Source: Armatimonadota bacterium
GTDB taxonomy: Bacteria; Armatimonadota; Zipacnadia; Zipacnadales; UBA5352
Direction of reading: 5' to 3'
Assembly: GCA_050942735.1 (NCBI GenBank)
Contig: JBMNNW010000013.1
Location: 73 to 64,072 of the forward strand
DNA length: 64,000 bases
The notes under the pieces are model-generated. The model was not told where the DNA came from. It ran no database searches and saw only the letters and a list, made by a program, of their open reading frames with translations. Positions 1 to 11,004 of this stretch are shown here, in pieces. Both the position numbers and the translations under genes were made by a program. How positions within the stretch are numbered: position 1 is the stretch's first letter; each line of letters begins with the position of its first letter.

Positions 1-3000
1 CCACCGGGTTCGGATCGCCCGCGGGCCCCTCGGTGATCGTCACCTCGTGTGCCGGGCCGGCCGCTTGTTTCGGCTGGCGATCGGCCGTCAGCAGGCCCCA
101 GTGGGGCCCGACATCGTATCCGTCCAGGATATCCTCCCTCCACGGCTGATCGAAGGCCGCGAACCTGCAGAAGCCGATAGCACCGGCCGCGCCCTGCAGT
201 TCGGAGAAGAAGTCGCGCTGCGCCTCCTCCGTGCACCACGGCGCGCCTGCGGTCGCCCACCCGGTCTCCTTGAACCACGCGAGCGTGGTGCCGATCGCGG
301 CGGAGAGTTCCTGATAGCGCGCGACGGTCCACCTCGCCCCGGCCACCGGGTCCTGATAGCCCGCCCGGAGCGGATGGCAGGTGGCAAATACCAGCGGCCC
401 GCACCTATCGCGCAGGTCCGCGTTGCTCAGGTACTCGGACCACGGCTCAGAGGTCACTACGCACAGATCGGTCTGCTGCCGCATCCACACCATCGCGTCG
501 TGGACCTGCTGCACGGTGTAGTCGCCGCGCACCAGGCCCTCATGGCCGACGCAGTAGCCGGTCACGTGCGCGGCAGCCGCTGCGGCCGCGCTCAACTCCG
601 CCTGGCTGAGCGGGTCGCAGATTCCCTGGATGACCACCTCGAAGCCGTTGGCGCGTGCAATGCGCGGTATCTCGGCAAGCATGCCGTCGCTGCCGTAGGT
701 GACGATGCCCCCGAAGCCGAGGTCGCGAAGCGTTCGGAGATCATCCGCGATGCCGGCCTCGGTCGGCTCGATGCCCTGGCCGGGATCGTAGTTCGTGGGC
801 GAGTAGCAGATTGTGGAGACACGTGCCAGCGCGTCGTAAAGCCTGCGCGGAGTCTGGTTGTCGTGAAGCACCGTCGCCCCGCGGTCTTGCAGCCCACTTA
901 CCACGCGCCACGCAGGTGAGCCCTCGCTCAGATCGGTCCAGTTCCACTCCACCGACAGCCACTGCAATGCCGTCAGTGGCGCCAGCGGTGTGAGTTCACT
1001 GATCCGATTGCTCCCCAGGTCCAGCTCGACCAACGCGGTCAGGTTCGCCACCGGGGTGACGTCGCCGACCTCGTTGCTGCGCAGATCCAGCCACTCCAGT
1101 GCCGTCAGACCCGCCAGCGCTGTCAGGTCGCCGATCTGATTCAGGCTCAGGTCCAGCCACTGCAATCCTGTCAGTCCCGCCAGCGGCCCGAGATCACTGA
1201 CCTCATTGCAGTGCAGACTCAGCCTCTTCAGCGCCGTGAGGCCGGCCAGCGGCGTGAGGTCGCTGATCCGGTTGATCCCCATGCCCAGCCATTGCAGTTG
1301 CGTCAGGCCCGCCAGCGGGGTGATGTCACTGATCTGATTGAGCGTCAGGACCAATTCCGTCAATGCCGTCAGGCCCGCAACCGGCGTGAGGTCACTGACC
1401 GCGTTTTGATCCAGATACAGCCCTTTCAACGCGGTCAATCCCGCCAGCGGCGTCAGGTCACTGATCTGGTTGTCCACCAGAACTAGATGGTTCAGAGCCG
1501 TCAGGGCCGCGAGGGGTGCAAGGTCACTGACCGCGTTGCGGTAAAGCTGCAGCCGCTCCAGTGCCGTCAGCCCTGCCAGCGGCGTCAGGTTGCTGATCTC
1601 GTTGTGATCGAGGTAGAGCTCCGTGAGACCGGTGCAGTGCTCGAGCCCGGTGAGATCCGAGATGTCCGCGTTCTCTGCCGAGAGGAACACCAGGCCCGTC
1701 AACTCATGCGCGTAGATATCGCCGGCGGGCTTGCCGATTGCATCCCTGATCACTGCGTCGAGTCTAGTGTCGGGGAAGTTGACTACGGTCCCGCTCTTTG
1801 ATGCCTCGGCGGTGCCGCCATGGGCGCCCATGTTGATTCGCCCGCCATTGGGCCACGGCTCATCGCCTACCGGCGTGGCAGGGTCGCCGGCGTCAATGCA
1901 CGGGCTGTGCACGGCATCGGTGACCCAGCTCCCGCCGACCGGGTCCCGTCGGCCGCCGTACGACTTGAGGTGGAAATCGCCGTTGGCCGCGTCGGCAAAC
2001 AGAGGATCGGCGGAGATATTGCCGCTCGTCCCCGTGGGGTCGGGCATGCCGACGTACTCCCCGTCGACGTTACCGTAGACGTTGGAGTAGGTCAGAACGG
2101 GCGCGGCGCCTGACTCCACGTGAACCCCCGCGCCCTCCGTGTCGAGGAATATGATGTTATTGGTCACGACCGGAGGCCCCCCGACAGGGCAGTCGGCAAA
2201 ATGCAGGCTCCCGCCGGCAGCGGTCCTGTTGTGGCTCACGGTGTTATTGCTGATGGCAGGCCCGCTCAGAGCGCAGTAGATTCCCCCACCGTGCCGGACT
2301 GCCGTGTTGTGGCTGACGATGTTGCCGGTGATGATTGCTGTCCCGTATGCCGAAAAGATGCCGCCGCCATCTGGAGCGGTGTTGGCGGCGACGGTGTTGC
2401 CGGTGATGGTGGGCGCGCCATGGCGGCAGTAGATACCGCCTCCCTGCGAACTCGCATGGTTGCCCACGATGACGTTCTTGCTGATGGTGGGGTGTGAGTC
2501 GGCGCAGAAGATACCGCCGCCCTGCTCAGCACTGCCCCCCTTGATCGTGAGGCCCCTCAGAACGGCGTCCGGGGTCTCGCCGGAGTCAAACCTCACCACC
2601 GAGCCGTTCCCTCCGCCATGGATGATGGTAGCGGCCACGGTGTCCGGGTCGTCCGGGGCCTCGCTGCGCACGGTGATGCTCTTACCCCCGAAGTTGATGC
2701 TCTCGTAGTACGTCCCCGGCGGCACGGCGACCGTCTGGCCGTGTCCGGCGGCATTGATGGCGGCCTGAATGGAGGGATGCCGCTCGCCGGTCTCAACGAT
2801 CAGGACCCCGCTGGCCTGGGCCCGTACGATCTGTACCCACCCGGTCCTCTCATAGGGCGCGGCAAGCTCGCTGGAGTAGATGCGCAGGCTGGCCGGCCCG
2901 GTGGGGGCGGCGGTAACCTCGAAGACCGCCACGATGGTGTGGTTTCCGGTCCGAGCCACCGACGTCGCCTGCACCTCAGTTCCATCGGGAAGCACGAGCA

Positions 3001-4290
3001 CAGGCGTGTACGAAGCATCGAAGCCGCCGGTCAGCGTCAACTCACACGGCCCGTCGTTCGCCACGCTCTCCGGACTCACGCTGTGGATGGGGTTCGAATC
3101 GACGAACCGCCCGGTGAGGCGGGCGCTCACGTTTCGGATCGCGAGCAGGCGCTCGCCCTGGGGGTAGACGCCCTCCAGCCCCTGATAGTATCCGTAGTCG
3201 GGCAGCGTCAGGGTCTCTCTCACGCTGAAGTCCGGCGCCAGGCGGTAGAGGTGGAACCAGTCGCCGGCGTCGCTGGCGGCGACGAAGCTGTGCCCGTCGA
3301 AGTCGCCGTACTGGCAGCGCGCCGTCAGGTGTCGCGGCGCCGCGTCGAGCGGCACGCCGTCCGTGCCCACGCGCATCATGTAGGTGCCGACGCCGTCGCC
3401 GCCCGACCACCAGACGTGGTAGGCGCCGTCGTGGAACCTGACCCAGACCCGATCAGTCGCCGAACTCGCAGCGGTCAACTGCCGGTTGCCGAGCAGCGTC
3501 CCCGTGGCCCCCTCGACCAGGGCGGTTCGCATGTAGCCGTCGCTGCGTCTGTAGGCGATCAGGTAGTTCGTGCCATCCGTGCCTACGGCAGGGACGCCGT
3601 AGCTGAACTGCGTTCCCCCCTGGTCCGCCAGCACGCGCCGGATCAGCGCGAAGTTGTCCCCGGCATCGACCAGCACATAGCCGATGGCACTGCGCGGGAG
3701 CGTGGTGTATTGAATGCGGCTCGCAACCAGCACGCTTGCTCCGTTGGTCGCCACTCCAGACGCGCAGCTCCCACCGTTGACATAGCCGGGATAGAGCGTG
3801 CAGTCGTCGACGCATACGGGAGCCGAGACGGTGCCCTCCGGGGTCACTCGGAGCAGGTCCGCATACCGAGGCTGGTCTCCCACCAGGCCCGCGACCGGCC
3901 CGAGACGATTGTACACGACGTAGTAATCGTGCCTGTCGGTGCACACACCAAAGCCGAAGGTATTGCCGCGGATCATCACATTGAGCAGAAGACCATTGGG
4001 ATCAAGGACGGTGCCGTCCTTCGCCATGCGGACCACATACAGGGGCGACGGCGAGTTGGTGATCGGCTGGCACGCCAGTATGAGGTTCTGGTCCTCCCCC
4101 GAGGCGAAGCACCTCGAGGCGGCGAAGGCTCCTCCCGAGTTGGAGGTACTTCTCGTGCTGATAGTAAAATCCGACCCGTCCCACTGCATGGCCGTGGCGG
4201 GGGTGCCGATAGTGATCGCCAGCAGCGCCCCAACACATGCCAGCACGGCCCCAAGCCTGATGCGGCTCCCATCTGCCCTTCTCATCGCTC
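1..4290 (-). CDS. giant secreted multidomain protein (signal peptide; right-handed beta-helix repeats; ~16 internalin-like 22-aa leucine-rich repeats; C-terminal GH17/GH5-like TIM-barrel glycosidase-like domain); C-terminus lies beyond window start (partial)
   Basis: Manual translation of minus strand from ATG at 4290 (MRRADGSRIRLGAVLACVGALLAITIGTPATA = signal peptide) stays open to nt 1. Beta-helix motifs GGGIFCADSHPTISKNVIVGNHASSQGGGIYC...ISNNTVSHN; LRR units LTPLAGLTALQWLDLSLNQISD repeated ~16x (nt ~1700-960); then ICYSPTNYDPGQG...GYCVGHEGL...DQPW TIM-barrel-like region. Absent from ORF track only because no stop occurs inside window; the + ORFs 47..919 and 2618..4564 are its antisense. 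Confidence 0.75.
960..1700 (-). repeat. tandem 66-nt (22-codon) LRR-encoding repeats, ~11 units near-identical at nucleotide level
   Basis: Recurring ...gccgtcag(a/g)cccgccagcg(c/g)tg(a/t)ggtc(a/g)ctga(c/t)c(t/g)g(a/g)tt... every 66 nt on + strand (antisense of LRR codons). Confidence 0.7.
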
Positions 4291-4449
4291 TCTCCTCCTT
4301 GCGTCCGTCTCGACCGTGCATGGAGAAAGGCTTCGGGGCTGCAGGAAGAAGGCGTACTGCGCCGGTTCGCAGGAGCGTCTACTGCGATGGTGCGCGTTTC
4401 TTCGGAAGTGGTGCTCTCTTCTTGTTCATAGTGTCAATCGGGCCAACGG

Positions 4450-5535
4450 TCACGAACCGGCGTTCTTCGAGTTCTCGTGCGATACTGATGACCTGCTCGG
4501 GACCTGTCGCACGATGACGTCCAGGTTGCCGGTGTCGATCACCAGAACCTCGCAGGTGGCCTGAGCGCTGCCGGTGGCCGTGCTGCCGATCACCGTGACC
4601 GTGCAGGTCCCCGCCCCCCGTGGCGTCACCAGGCCGGTCTCATCCACCGCGGCAACGCCGGGATCGTCAGATTGGTAGCTCAGCGCGGCGTACTCGATGG
4701 GCTCGTCGCGCTCATCGAGCGCCACGGCGACGATCATCACCTCGTTGGGAGTCCCGAACCGGTAGAGCGTCGCCTCCGTGGGACTAAGGTTTACCGAGGC
4801 AACGGGGCGACTCACCACGTCTACGTCAAGCGTGGCCTGCTGTCCGCTCTTCGCATCGCTCACGGTCGCCCGATATTGACCATCCACCATCGGGTGAACA
4901 GCCACCACCGAACCCGTAAGCGGCGAGAGGTTCAGCCCCTCGCCCTCCCAGCGGAAGTCCACGTAGATCGTCTCGGCGGCGTCATAGTCCCAGCCCTTTG
5001 CCTGAACGTGCCTGTACTGGGTCGGCTCCAGCTCGACGGAGACAAGTGGCGGCGGGCGATCTCCGCCGGGCATCGGCACGGGGTAGATCTGGACACTGGC
5101 CGCCAGGCGATCGGTGACCATGGTCACCCTGGCTACCTGCCGCGCGCGGACCGCGTGAATTGAACTGGCCTCGGCAACGAGGTTGCCTGTGGCGCCGAAG
5201 CCGTCGAAACAGGTGGCCGTGATGAGCACGTACCCAGCAGGCACGCTGTCGATCTCGCACCTGACCACGTTCCTGCGGGCAGGCCGATCGATGATCCTCT
5301 CGCGGGACCACGGGGACGCCGCATCGTCGGTGGTCTCGACCCGGATTCGCACCGAGTTAGTGACCCGGGGCATGGAGCCGTTCGCAGAGGTGCCCGTCTG
5401 CTCGTCGCGCGGAGGGAAGGTCACGGCCAGTCCGATGCTCCCCAGCGTCGTAGGGGAGCCGCCGCCACAGCCGAGGAAGCCCGCCATCATCAGCAACACG
5501 AGCAGACCCGGAATCGTCCTCAGACACCGTGCCAT
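4450..5535 (-). CDS. lipoprotein with bacterial Ig-like (Big_2) domain
   Basis: ORF 4450..5616; start chosen at MARCLRTIPGLLVLLMMAGFLGCGG (lipobox LGC) preceded by GGAGGaatcgagg; C-terminal VASVNLSPTEATL...GAGTCTVTVIGSTATGSAQATCEVLV is classic Big_2. Confidence 0.7.
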   Translation of the reverse strand: MARCLRTIPGLLVLLMMAGFLGCGGGSPTTLGSIGLAVTFPPRDEQTGTSANGSMPRVTNSVRIRVETTDDAASPWSRERIIDRPARRNVVRCEIDSVPAGYVLITATCFDGFGATGNLVAEASSIHAVRARQVARVTMVTDRLAASVQIYPVPMPGGDRPPPLVSVELEPTQYRHVQAKGWDYDAAETIYVDFRWEGEGLNLSPLTGSVVAVHPMVDGQYRATVSDAKSGQQATLDVDVVSRPVASVNLSPTEATLYRFGTPNEVMIVAVALDERDEPIEYAALSYQSDDPGVAAVDETGLVTPRGAGTCTVTVIGSTATGSAQATCEVLVIDTGNLDVIVRQVPSRSSVSHENSKNAGS

Positions 5536-5578
5536 CCTCGATTCCTCCATGCTCGAGAGTACCGAGTGCCGCGCCCGA

Positions 5579-7342
5579 TCAGGGCGCAAGCGACCCGAAG
5601 CGCTTTGCGACGCCAAGCATGAACCCGGCTTCTCCCTCCCGGGTTATGCGCACCCCGGCCAGACCGGTCCACCCCTCGCACGCCTCCCAGTACCCGGCAC
5701 CTGACCAGACCGAGTCATAGCCGTCACGGTCGGCATACTCGACGAAGAGATCGATGTCCGAAGAGCGGTAGAGCCCGGGGAGGTAGAGTCCAACGGTGCT
5801 CAGCTCCCGTCCCTCGGGGTCCTTTCCGAGCTCGAAGTACAGGTCCGTCTCCCCGGGGAACATGGGCAGCGAGGCATCGATGCTCCAGCCGAGATTGTCG
5901 TGCGAGAGAAGCAGATTCGCGCCCAGCAGTCCACCTCTGACCTCGCCGGAGACGCGCCCCAACCAGCCGGAGCGCCTGACCGGCGGGTCGCCCCAGCCCG
6001 AAAACTCATCCACCCAGGCAACTGTGGCATGGAGCGCGCCACCTGTGCCGTCGACCGAGAGTCCGTCGAAATGCGTGACGCCAAAGAGCGATCCCAATCC
6101 GCTGTTGTTGACCGGTCCCTGCAGCCATCTCTGGCGTCCGACGGTGATGTCCGTGTTACCGTGCCGGTTCACGATGAACGACTCGCTGAGGCGCAGGTCA
6201 TCATCGCCGTCGAAGTCGGTCAGCGCCTGCAGACCGACCTCCGCGTAGTAGTCCTCGTAGATGCCGGAAGTGCGGAGCCAGCCGCCGCCAAGCGCGCCGT
6301 CATCGGAGGCCAGCGCGACGAGGTCGACCTGGTACCACGGTCCGAAGAAGTGCCTGCCGAGCAGCTCCTGGTGGCGCACCTGCCCGAGCGCCGCGAGCCC
6401 AAGCGCCCCTGCCACGAGGTCTAACGAAGACGCCGGTCCGGCAGCCCCTCCCACCGCACCCGCCGACTGCACGACGATGTCGAGGGCACCCTGGGGCGGC
6501 CCGGTCACGAACCTGCCGGTCACATGTCGCGACGCGGACCGGGCGGCTCGGAAGGCCGCTCCGGCGATGCTGCCGGGGGTGACTGCAACACTGCTGCCCG
6601 AACTCCATCCTGCGTAGAACGGCTGATGTGAGCCGGTTCCGAAGCCATGCGGAAAGGCCGGGAAGGTCTTGAAGTCCTCGGGACCGAACAGGCCGCCCGT
6701 CTCCGGGGCGAGCGGGACCATGCCGAACGGACCGCTGACATCCACGGGACCGAGCCACGCCTGCACAAAGACGTGGCCGCCACCTCCGATTTGCCGCGGG
6801 ACACCCGGGGCCGGGGCCGACGGCACCTGGGCCAGCGAGTGAGAGCCGAGGGGCAACTCGGGGTCGGTCGCGTACCACTCCTCAGCGGCAGGGTCGTCGG
6901 GATCGGGAAGCGAGCCGTCGTCCCGGACCTCGAGCGTGAGATCGGTGCCCCGCACGGCCGCCGTGATGGTCGCGCCCTGAATCTGCGCACCGCCGGTGCC
7001 GGCGACCACCTGTGCGAACACCTGGCCGGCAACGACTCTCGCGCGCTTGGTGTCAGGGTCGGTGATGACCAGGTCGCTGCCCGGCCCCATGCGCACCTTC
7101 GTACCATCGGGGAAGGCCAACTCACAGCGGGCGCGCTTGCCCGTACGCACCCGACTGCCGGGCGGGAGGCTCACACCTACCGTGCTGGCCGCCCACGCCC
7201 CTGAGGGACCAAGCCGATGCTGCACGTCGAGAATCGTCGCCGTGATCCTCACGGACGCCGCATCCGCGGACGTGCATCCAATCACCAGCGCGGCCGCGAT
7301 GACGCCGATGGCTGCCGCGATGCTCCTCCTCAGAGCCAGCAT
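5579..7342 (-). CDS. FecR-domain-containing secreted protein (C-terminal beta-rich domain of unknown function)
   Basis: ORF 5579..7366; start MLALRRSIAAAIGVIAAALVIGC preceded by GGGAGGAGcgaat; FecR-like SVRITATILDVQHRLGPSGAW...RCELAFPDGTKVRMGPGSDLVI. Confidence 0.65.
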   Translation of the reverse strand: MLALRRSIAAAIGVIAAALVIGCTSADAASVRITATILDVQHRLGPSGAWAASTVGVSLPPGSRVRTGKRARCELAFPDGTKVRMGPGSDLVITDPDTKRARVVAGQVFAQVVAGTGGAQIQGATITAAVRGTDLTLEVRDDGSLPDPDDPAAEEWYATDPELPLGSHSLAQVPSAPAPGVPRQIGGGGHVFVQAWLGPVDVSGPFGMVPLAPETGGLFGPEDFKTFPAFPHGFGTGSHQPFYAGWSSGSSVAVTPGSIAGAAFRAARSASRHVTGRFVTGPPQGALDIVVQSAGAVGGAAGPASSLDLVAGALGLAALGQVRHQELLGRHFFGPWYQVDLVALASDDGALGGGWLRTSGIYEDYYAEVGLQALTDFDGDDDLRLSESFIVNRHGNTDITVGRQRWLQGPVNNSGLGSLFGVTHFDGLSVDGTGGALHATVAWVDEFSGWGDPPVRRSGWLGRVSGEVRGGLLGANLLLSHDNLGWSIDASLPMFPGETDLYFELGKDPEGRELSTVGLYLPGLYRSSDIDLFVEYADRDGYDSVWSGAGYWEACEGWTGLAGVRITREGEAGFMLGVAKRFGSLAP

Positions 7343-7776
7343 ATTCGCTCCTCCCTCGACAAACACGACGTCGCGCGGCTCCGGAGGGCCTCGCGCCTGA
7401 GCCCTCCGGGGGCGCGAACCATCCCGGGGGGCACGTCAGACGGACAGGAGATCTTCTGCAACACTTTGGGCAATAGTTCGGGGATATCGCCCTGCTTTCC
7501 TCGTTAGTGAGATTATTTTCTCACTCTTTCTTGCCGCCCTACCGTCGCGAGTCCGGGCGCTAACACGGGCGGCCTGCGTGGCAGTCTGCTCGCGTCCGGA
7601 GGCCACCGGCGTGGTGAGGAAGGAGAAAGTCGCGGCGGAGGGGTCGTGGGACCCGAGGAGGACACACGCGCGGCGTCTCTGAGGCGGCACACGATTCGCC
7701 CGTGGACCCATCTGCGCACGAGGGGCCCGCGCGCTGCGTTGGGCCAGACGTGGCGATGGCCGGCGCGGCCACGGTG

Positions 7777-9762
7777 TCACTGCGCAGGGTCGACCGGCCG
7801 TGACGGAGGCGTCATCTGCGCCGCCGCGGGCGGGTCCACGCTGAACACATCGATCGGCTCGGCGAGGCCCCTCACCGGGATTCGACCGAGACTGCGGGGG
7901 GCGTAGTCGGGTGCAATCAGCTTGGCGGTGACGTCGCTCATCAGAATGGACGTGCCCAGTTCCTTGTTGGCGCTCTCCAGTCGCGACGCCACGCTCACCG
8001 TCTCGCCCATCACGGTGTACTCCAGCATTCTCTCCGAGCCGACGTCGCCTGCGACCAGTTCCCCGGTGTGCAGGCCGATGCGCACGATGATCGGCCACTC
8101 GTCAGGAGCCGCCGCGGCGCGCAGATGCGCGATCCGTTCCTGGATCTCCAGACTCGCGGCCACAGCGCGGGTTGCGTGATCATCGTGCGGCACCGGGTCG
8201 CCGAAAACCGCCATCACGCCGTCCCCGATGAACTTGTGCACCGTGCCACCGTGCGCGAGGATGACCTCCGTGACAACGCTTAGGTAGCGGTTGACCTGGT
8301 TCACTACCTCCTCCGGGGCAGACGTCGAGCAGAAGGTCGTGAACTCCTGCAGATCGGAGAAGAAGACGGTGCCGATGACCCTGCGCCCCGCGACCCTGGC
8401 AAGCTCCGGATCGGCCAGGATCACCCGCAGCACCTCGGGGGCCACGCGCATGGACCAGGCGCGCCGCAGCCGCCGCTCAGCATGCCACGAGGTGAGCTCC
8501 AGATACACTGTGTCAAGCACGAATGTCAGCGTCACTCCGAGCAGTAGCGGTACCAGCGGCAGCCACATCCGACGCGTCCACATCGCCTCGAAGGTCAGGA
8601 TCAGTGCCAGTGCCACCAGGGGCAGCCAGCCCAGAAGCAGGCCCCTGAGTGGGCGCAGCCAGCACACCAGCGCGCCCATGAGCATCGAAAGCACCGCCGT
8701 GAGCAGTATCGCCATCCAGACGGGGGCAGGCACGATCCAGGCGCTGCGCAGGATGGTATCCGTGGCGGCGGCGATGACCTCAACCCCCGGCATCGCCGCG
8801 ACCTTCTGGCTCGTCCCGGGGATGCCCCGAAGCGACACGGGTGTGGCGTGCAGGTCCTGCAATGAGCGCGCGGTGGCGCCAAGCAGCACGATCCTGTCCG
8901 CCACCAGCGCATGGTCGAACTCGCCGGAGAGCACACGGTAGTAGGGGATGCGCACAAAGCCCTGACCGACTGGGGCGCGGTAGTTGATCAGAAAGTCTTC
9001 GAGGGGCAGCGCCGGATGGTCCGAGCGCGCCGCCACCAGTATCCGGGCGGCCAGTTCGGCAGGGCCCACGCCCGCGCGCAGCGCCGCGAGGCACACCGCC
9101 ATCGAGGGCCAGACCGCGTCCTGATGGGTGACCGAGGTCAGGTAGCGCCGAACCGTGCCATCGAGGTCCGCGGGCAGGCTGACCGCGCCCAGCGCAAGGG
9201 ACGCCTCCTCGAACTCAGGCAACGGGAAGTTGGCGACAATCAACTCCCCCGCGGCGCCCGTCCCCGCCACCGCCTCATGCACCACCTCAAGAGCAAGCAC
9301 CACGTTGCCCGCGGCGCGAAGGCCCGCGACCAGGGCCTCATCGTCGGGCGACAGCGGTGGCGTCCAGAGGAACGGGTCCTCGCCGGGCGGACACTCGGGG
9401 TCGCCGGAGACGCCAGCGAGGATGATGTCCATGCCGATGACGCGGGCACCGGCGTCGCCGAGCCGCCGCAGCACGCGGGCGTGGAAGCGGCGTGGCCAAG
9501 GCCACATGCTCAGCTCAGGCTGCGAAAACGACTCCTCGTCGATGGTGACGAGGGTTATGTCGCGGCTCGGAACAGGGCCGGATTGCCCGTGATCCCCGGG
9601 GGCCCAGGCAAGGCGGTAGTCGTACAGACTAAGCTCAGCGCGGTACAGGACCTGGGAGAGCAGCCCTGCGGGGGTGCTCGGGTCACAGAGCCACGCCGCG
9701 AACAGGCCCGCCCCCAACCCGATCGCGATCCCGATGACGCGGAGGCCGTGCTGCCGGCGCAT
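7777..9762 (-). CDS. CHASE2 sensor domain / class III adenylate-guanylate cyclase
   Basis: ORF 7777..10020; internal start MRRQHGLRVIGIAIGLGAGLFAAWL (GGTGGAG 6 nt upstream) begins with TM helix, CHASE2-like periplasmic region, 3 TM helices, then cyclase motifs FFSDLQEFTTF...HKFIGDGVMAVFG...GLHTGELVAGDVGS...YTVMGETVSVASRLE. Confidence 0.8.
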   Translation of the reverse strand: MRRQHGLRVIGIAIGLGAGLFAAWLCDPSTPAGLLSQVLYRAELSLYDYRLAWAPGDHGQSGPVPSRDITLVTIDEESFSQPELSMWPWPRRFHARVLRRLGDAGARVIGMDIILAGVSGDPECPPGEDPFLWTPPLSPDDEALVAGLRAAGNVVLALEVVHEAVAGTGAAGELIVANFPLPEFEEASLALGAVSLPADLDGTVRRYLTSVTHQDAVWPSMAVCLAALRAGVGPAELAARILVAARSDHPALPLEDFLINYRAPVGQGFVRIPYYRVLSGEFDHALVADRIVLLGATARSLQDLHATPVSLRGIPGTSQKVAAMPGVEVIAAATDTILRSAWIVPAPVWMAILLTAVLSMLMGALVCWLRPLRGLLLGWLPLVALALILTFEAMWTRRMWLPLVPLLLGVTLTFVLDTVYLELTSWHAERRLRRAWSMRVAPEVLRVILADPELARVAGRRVIGTVFFSDLQEFTTFCSTSAPEEVVNQVNRYLSVVTEVILAHGGTVHKFIGDGVMAVFGDPVPHDDHATRAVAASLEIQERIAHLRAAAAPDEWPIIVRIGLHTGELVAGDVGSERMLEYTVMGETVSVASRLESANKELGTSILMSDVTAKLIAPDYAPRSLGRIPVRGLAEPIDVFSVDPPAAAQMTPPSRPVDPAQ

Positions 9763-10134
9763 AGCGACTCCACCAGTCACTTGAGATGCCCGCGGAAGGA
9801 TTTCGGCCGCCAGTGGCGCGAAACCTGCAAGTGGAGAGCCGAAGGTGTCCCACGCGGGCGGGACATCGGGGCCTCTGCGACCTGACCGGATACCGTCGCC
9901 CGGCTCTGACAAAATAAACTGAGCCCTGCAAAGGTAAAGTAGAAATGTCTGGTTCTGAGCAAACGCCCACCCACCCCAACTCCTCAGACAAGTCGGAGGC
10001 AGTCGCCGCTGTTTGGCCATCGTCGTGACGAGTCCTCGTCTATCAGGGGGAGTACGGTCATGGGGGACCGCCTACGCCGCATCGAAGCGGGGTATACTGC
10101 AGGCACACCGACGGTCTCAGTGAGGGATGGCATC

Positions 10135-10869
10135 ATGCGCATGCTACCGGGCGTCTGGGCTGTACTGCTGTGGGTGTCGGCAGCGATGGTCTGCGGTGCC
10201 GACGGGCCGGCCGATCGGGTCATGTTGTCGAGACAGGAGGCGAGTGCGCTGACGGCGGGCCTGTCGCCCTCGGCGCGCCGGAGTCTGGCGGGGACGATCA
10301 CGCCCCGGGAGCAGCTCACGGCGATTCAGACGCAGCCCGCGATGGCACGACAACTCCGGCGTCTGAGACTCAGCGGCTCAGGAGGCAAACCCGACGACCC
10401 GGCATGGATGACCGGCATCACGCTCACCCCGCTGGAGGCCACGTATCCGGCGGATGGTGACTACATGAACTTCAGCCTCGCGCTGACGACTCGGGCCGCG
10501 TATCTCAGCCAGGTGACGCCCCTGCCGACGGCGGCCCAGGAACCGCCGCTGCTGTGGCTGTATGTCCCGAGCAGCAACACTCCGTTGCTGTCGATCGAGG
10601 CGAAGTGGCCCATGCGCGGCGCCTACTTGATCACATTCGTCCTGAAGGACGTCTGGGCAGCCTCGGTGGCGAGACCGCGAGTCCATGTGAACGGCGTGAT
10701 GCAGCAGGTGTACGCCGACAGCGAGGTCGGCTGCGATCGCTGGACCGTCGTGTGCCTCGCTGAGGACGCTCAGAGTCTCTACCACACGATCACCGTCTAC
10801 CCGGCCGAGATCGGCTTCACACTGTGCTGCCTGTCGAAAGTGGTCGTCAGCAAGGTGTGGCTGGAGTAG
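10135..10869 (+). CDS. hypothetical secreted protein
   Basis: ORF 10060..10869; start MRMLPGVWAVLLWVSAAMVCGA (signal peptide) with GAGGGA 7 nt upstream; no recognisable domain. Confidence 0.5.
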   Translation: MRMLPGVWAVLLWVSAAMVCGADGPADRVMLSRQEASALTAGLSPSARRSLAGTITPREQLTAIQTQPAMARQLRRLRLSGSGGKPDDPAWMTGITLTPLEATYPADGDYMNFSLALTTRAAYLSQVTPLPTAAQEPPLLWLYVPSSNTPLLSIEAKWPMRGAYLITFVLKDVWAASVARPRVHVNGVMQQVYADSEVGCDRWTVVCLAEDAQSLYHTITVYPAEIGFTLCCLSKVVVSKVWLE

Positions 10870-11004
10870 AACTCCCCAACCGACAGGGATGGGGCCATCC
10901 GCCGGTGGCGAAAGCCAGTTCGACAGTCTGCTGCGGCCCACAGCGATCCGGCCGCGTGCAGGCGGGATGGCACGAGACAGGCTGTCTCACAATGTGGCGG
11001 AAGA

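Noticed and set aside
960-1700. Regular 66-nt periodic repeats as a possible CRISPR array
   Set aside because: No spacer/repeat alternation. The periodicity is an intact protein-coding LRR array (22-codon units) in frame with flanking domains.
2618-4564. 648-aa + strand ORF (and 47..919 +, 1211..2113 + ORFs)
   Set aside because: Antisense to the continuous minus-strand beta-helix/LRR gene. Amino-acid composition (Arg/Gly/Ala/Val/His runs) is typical of high-GC mirror frames and shows no domain signal.
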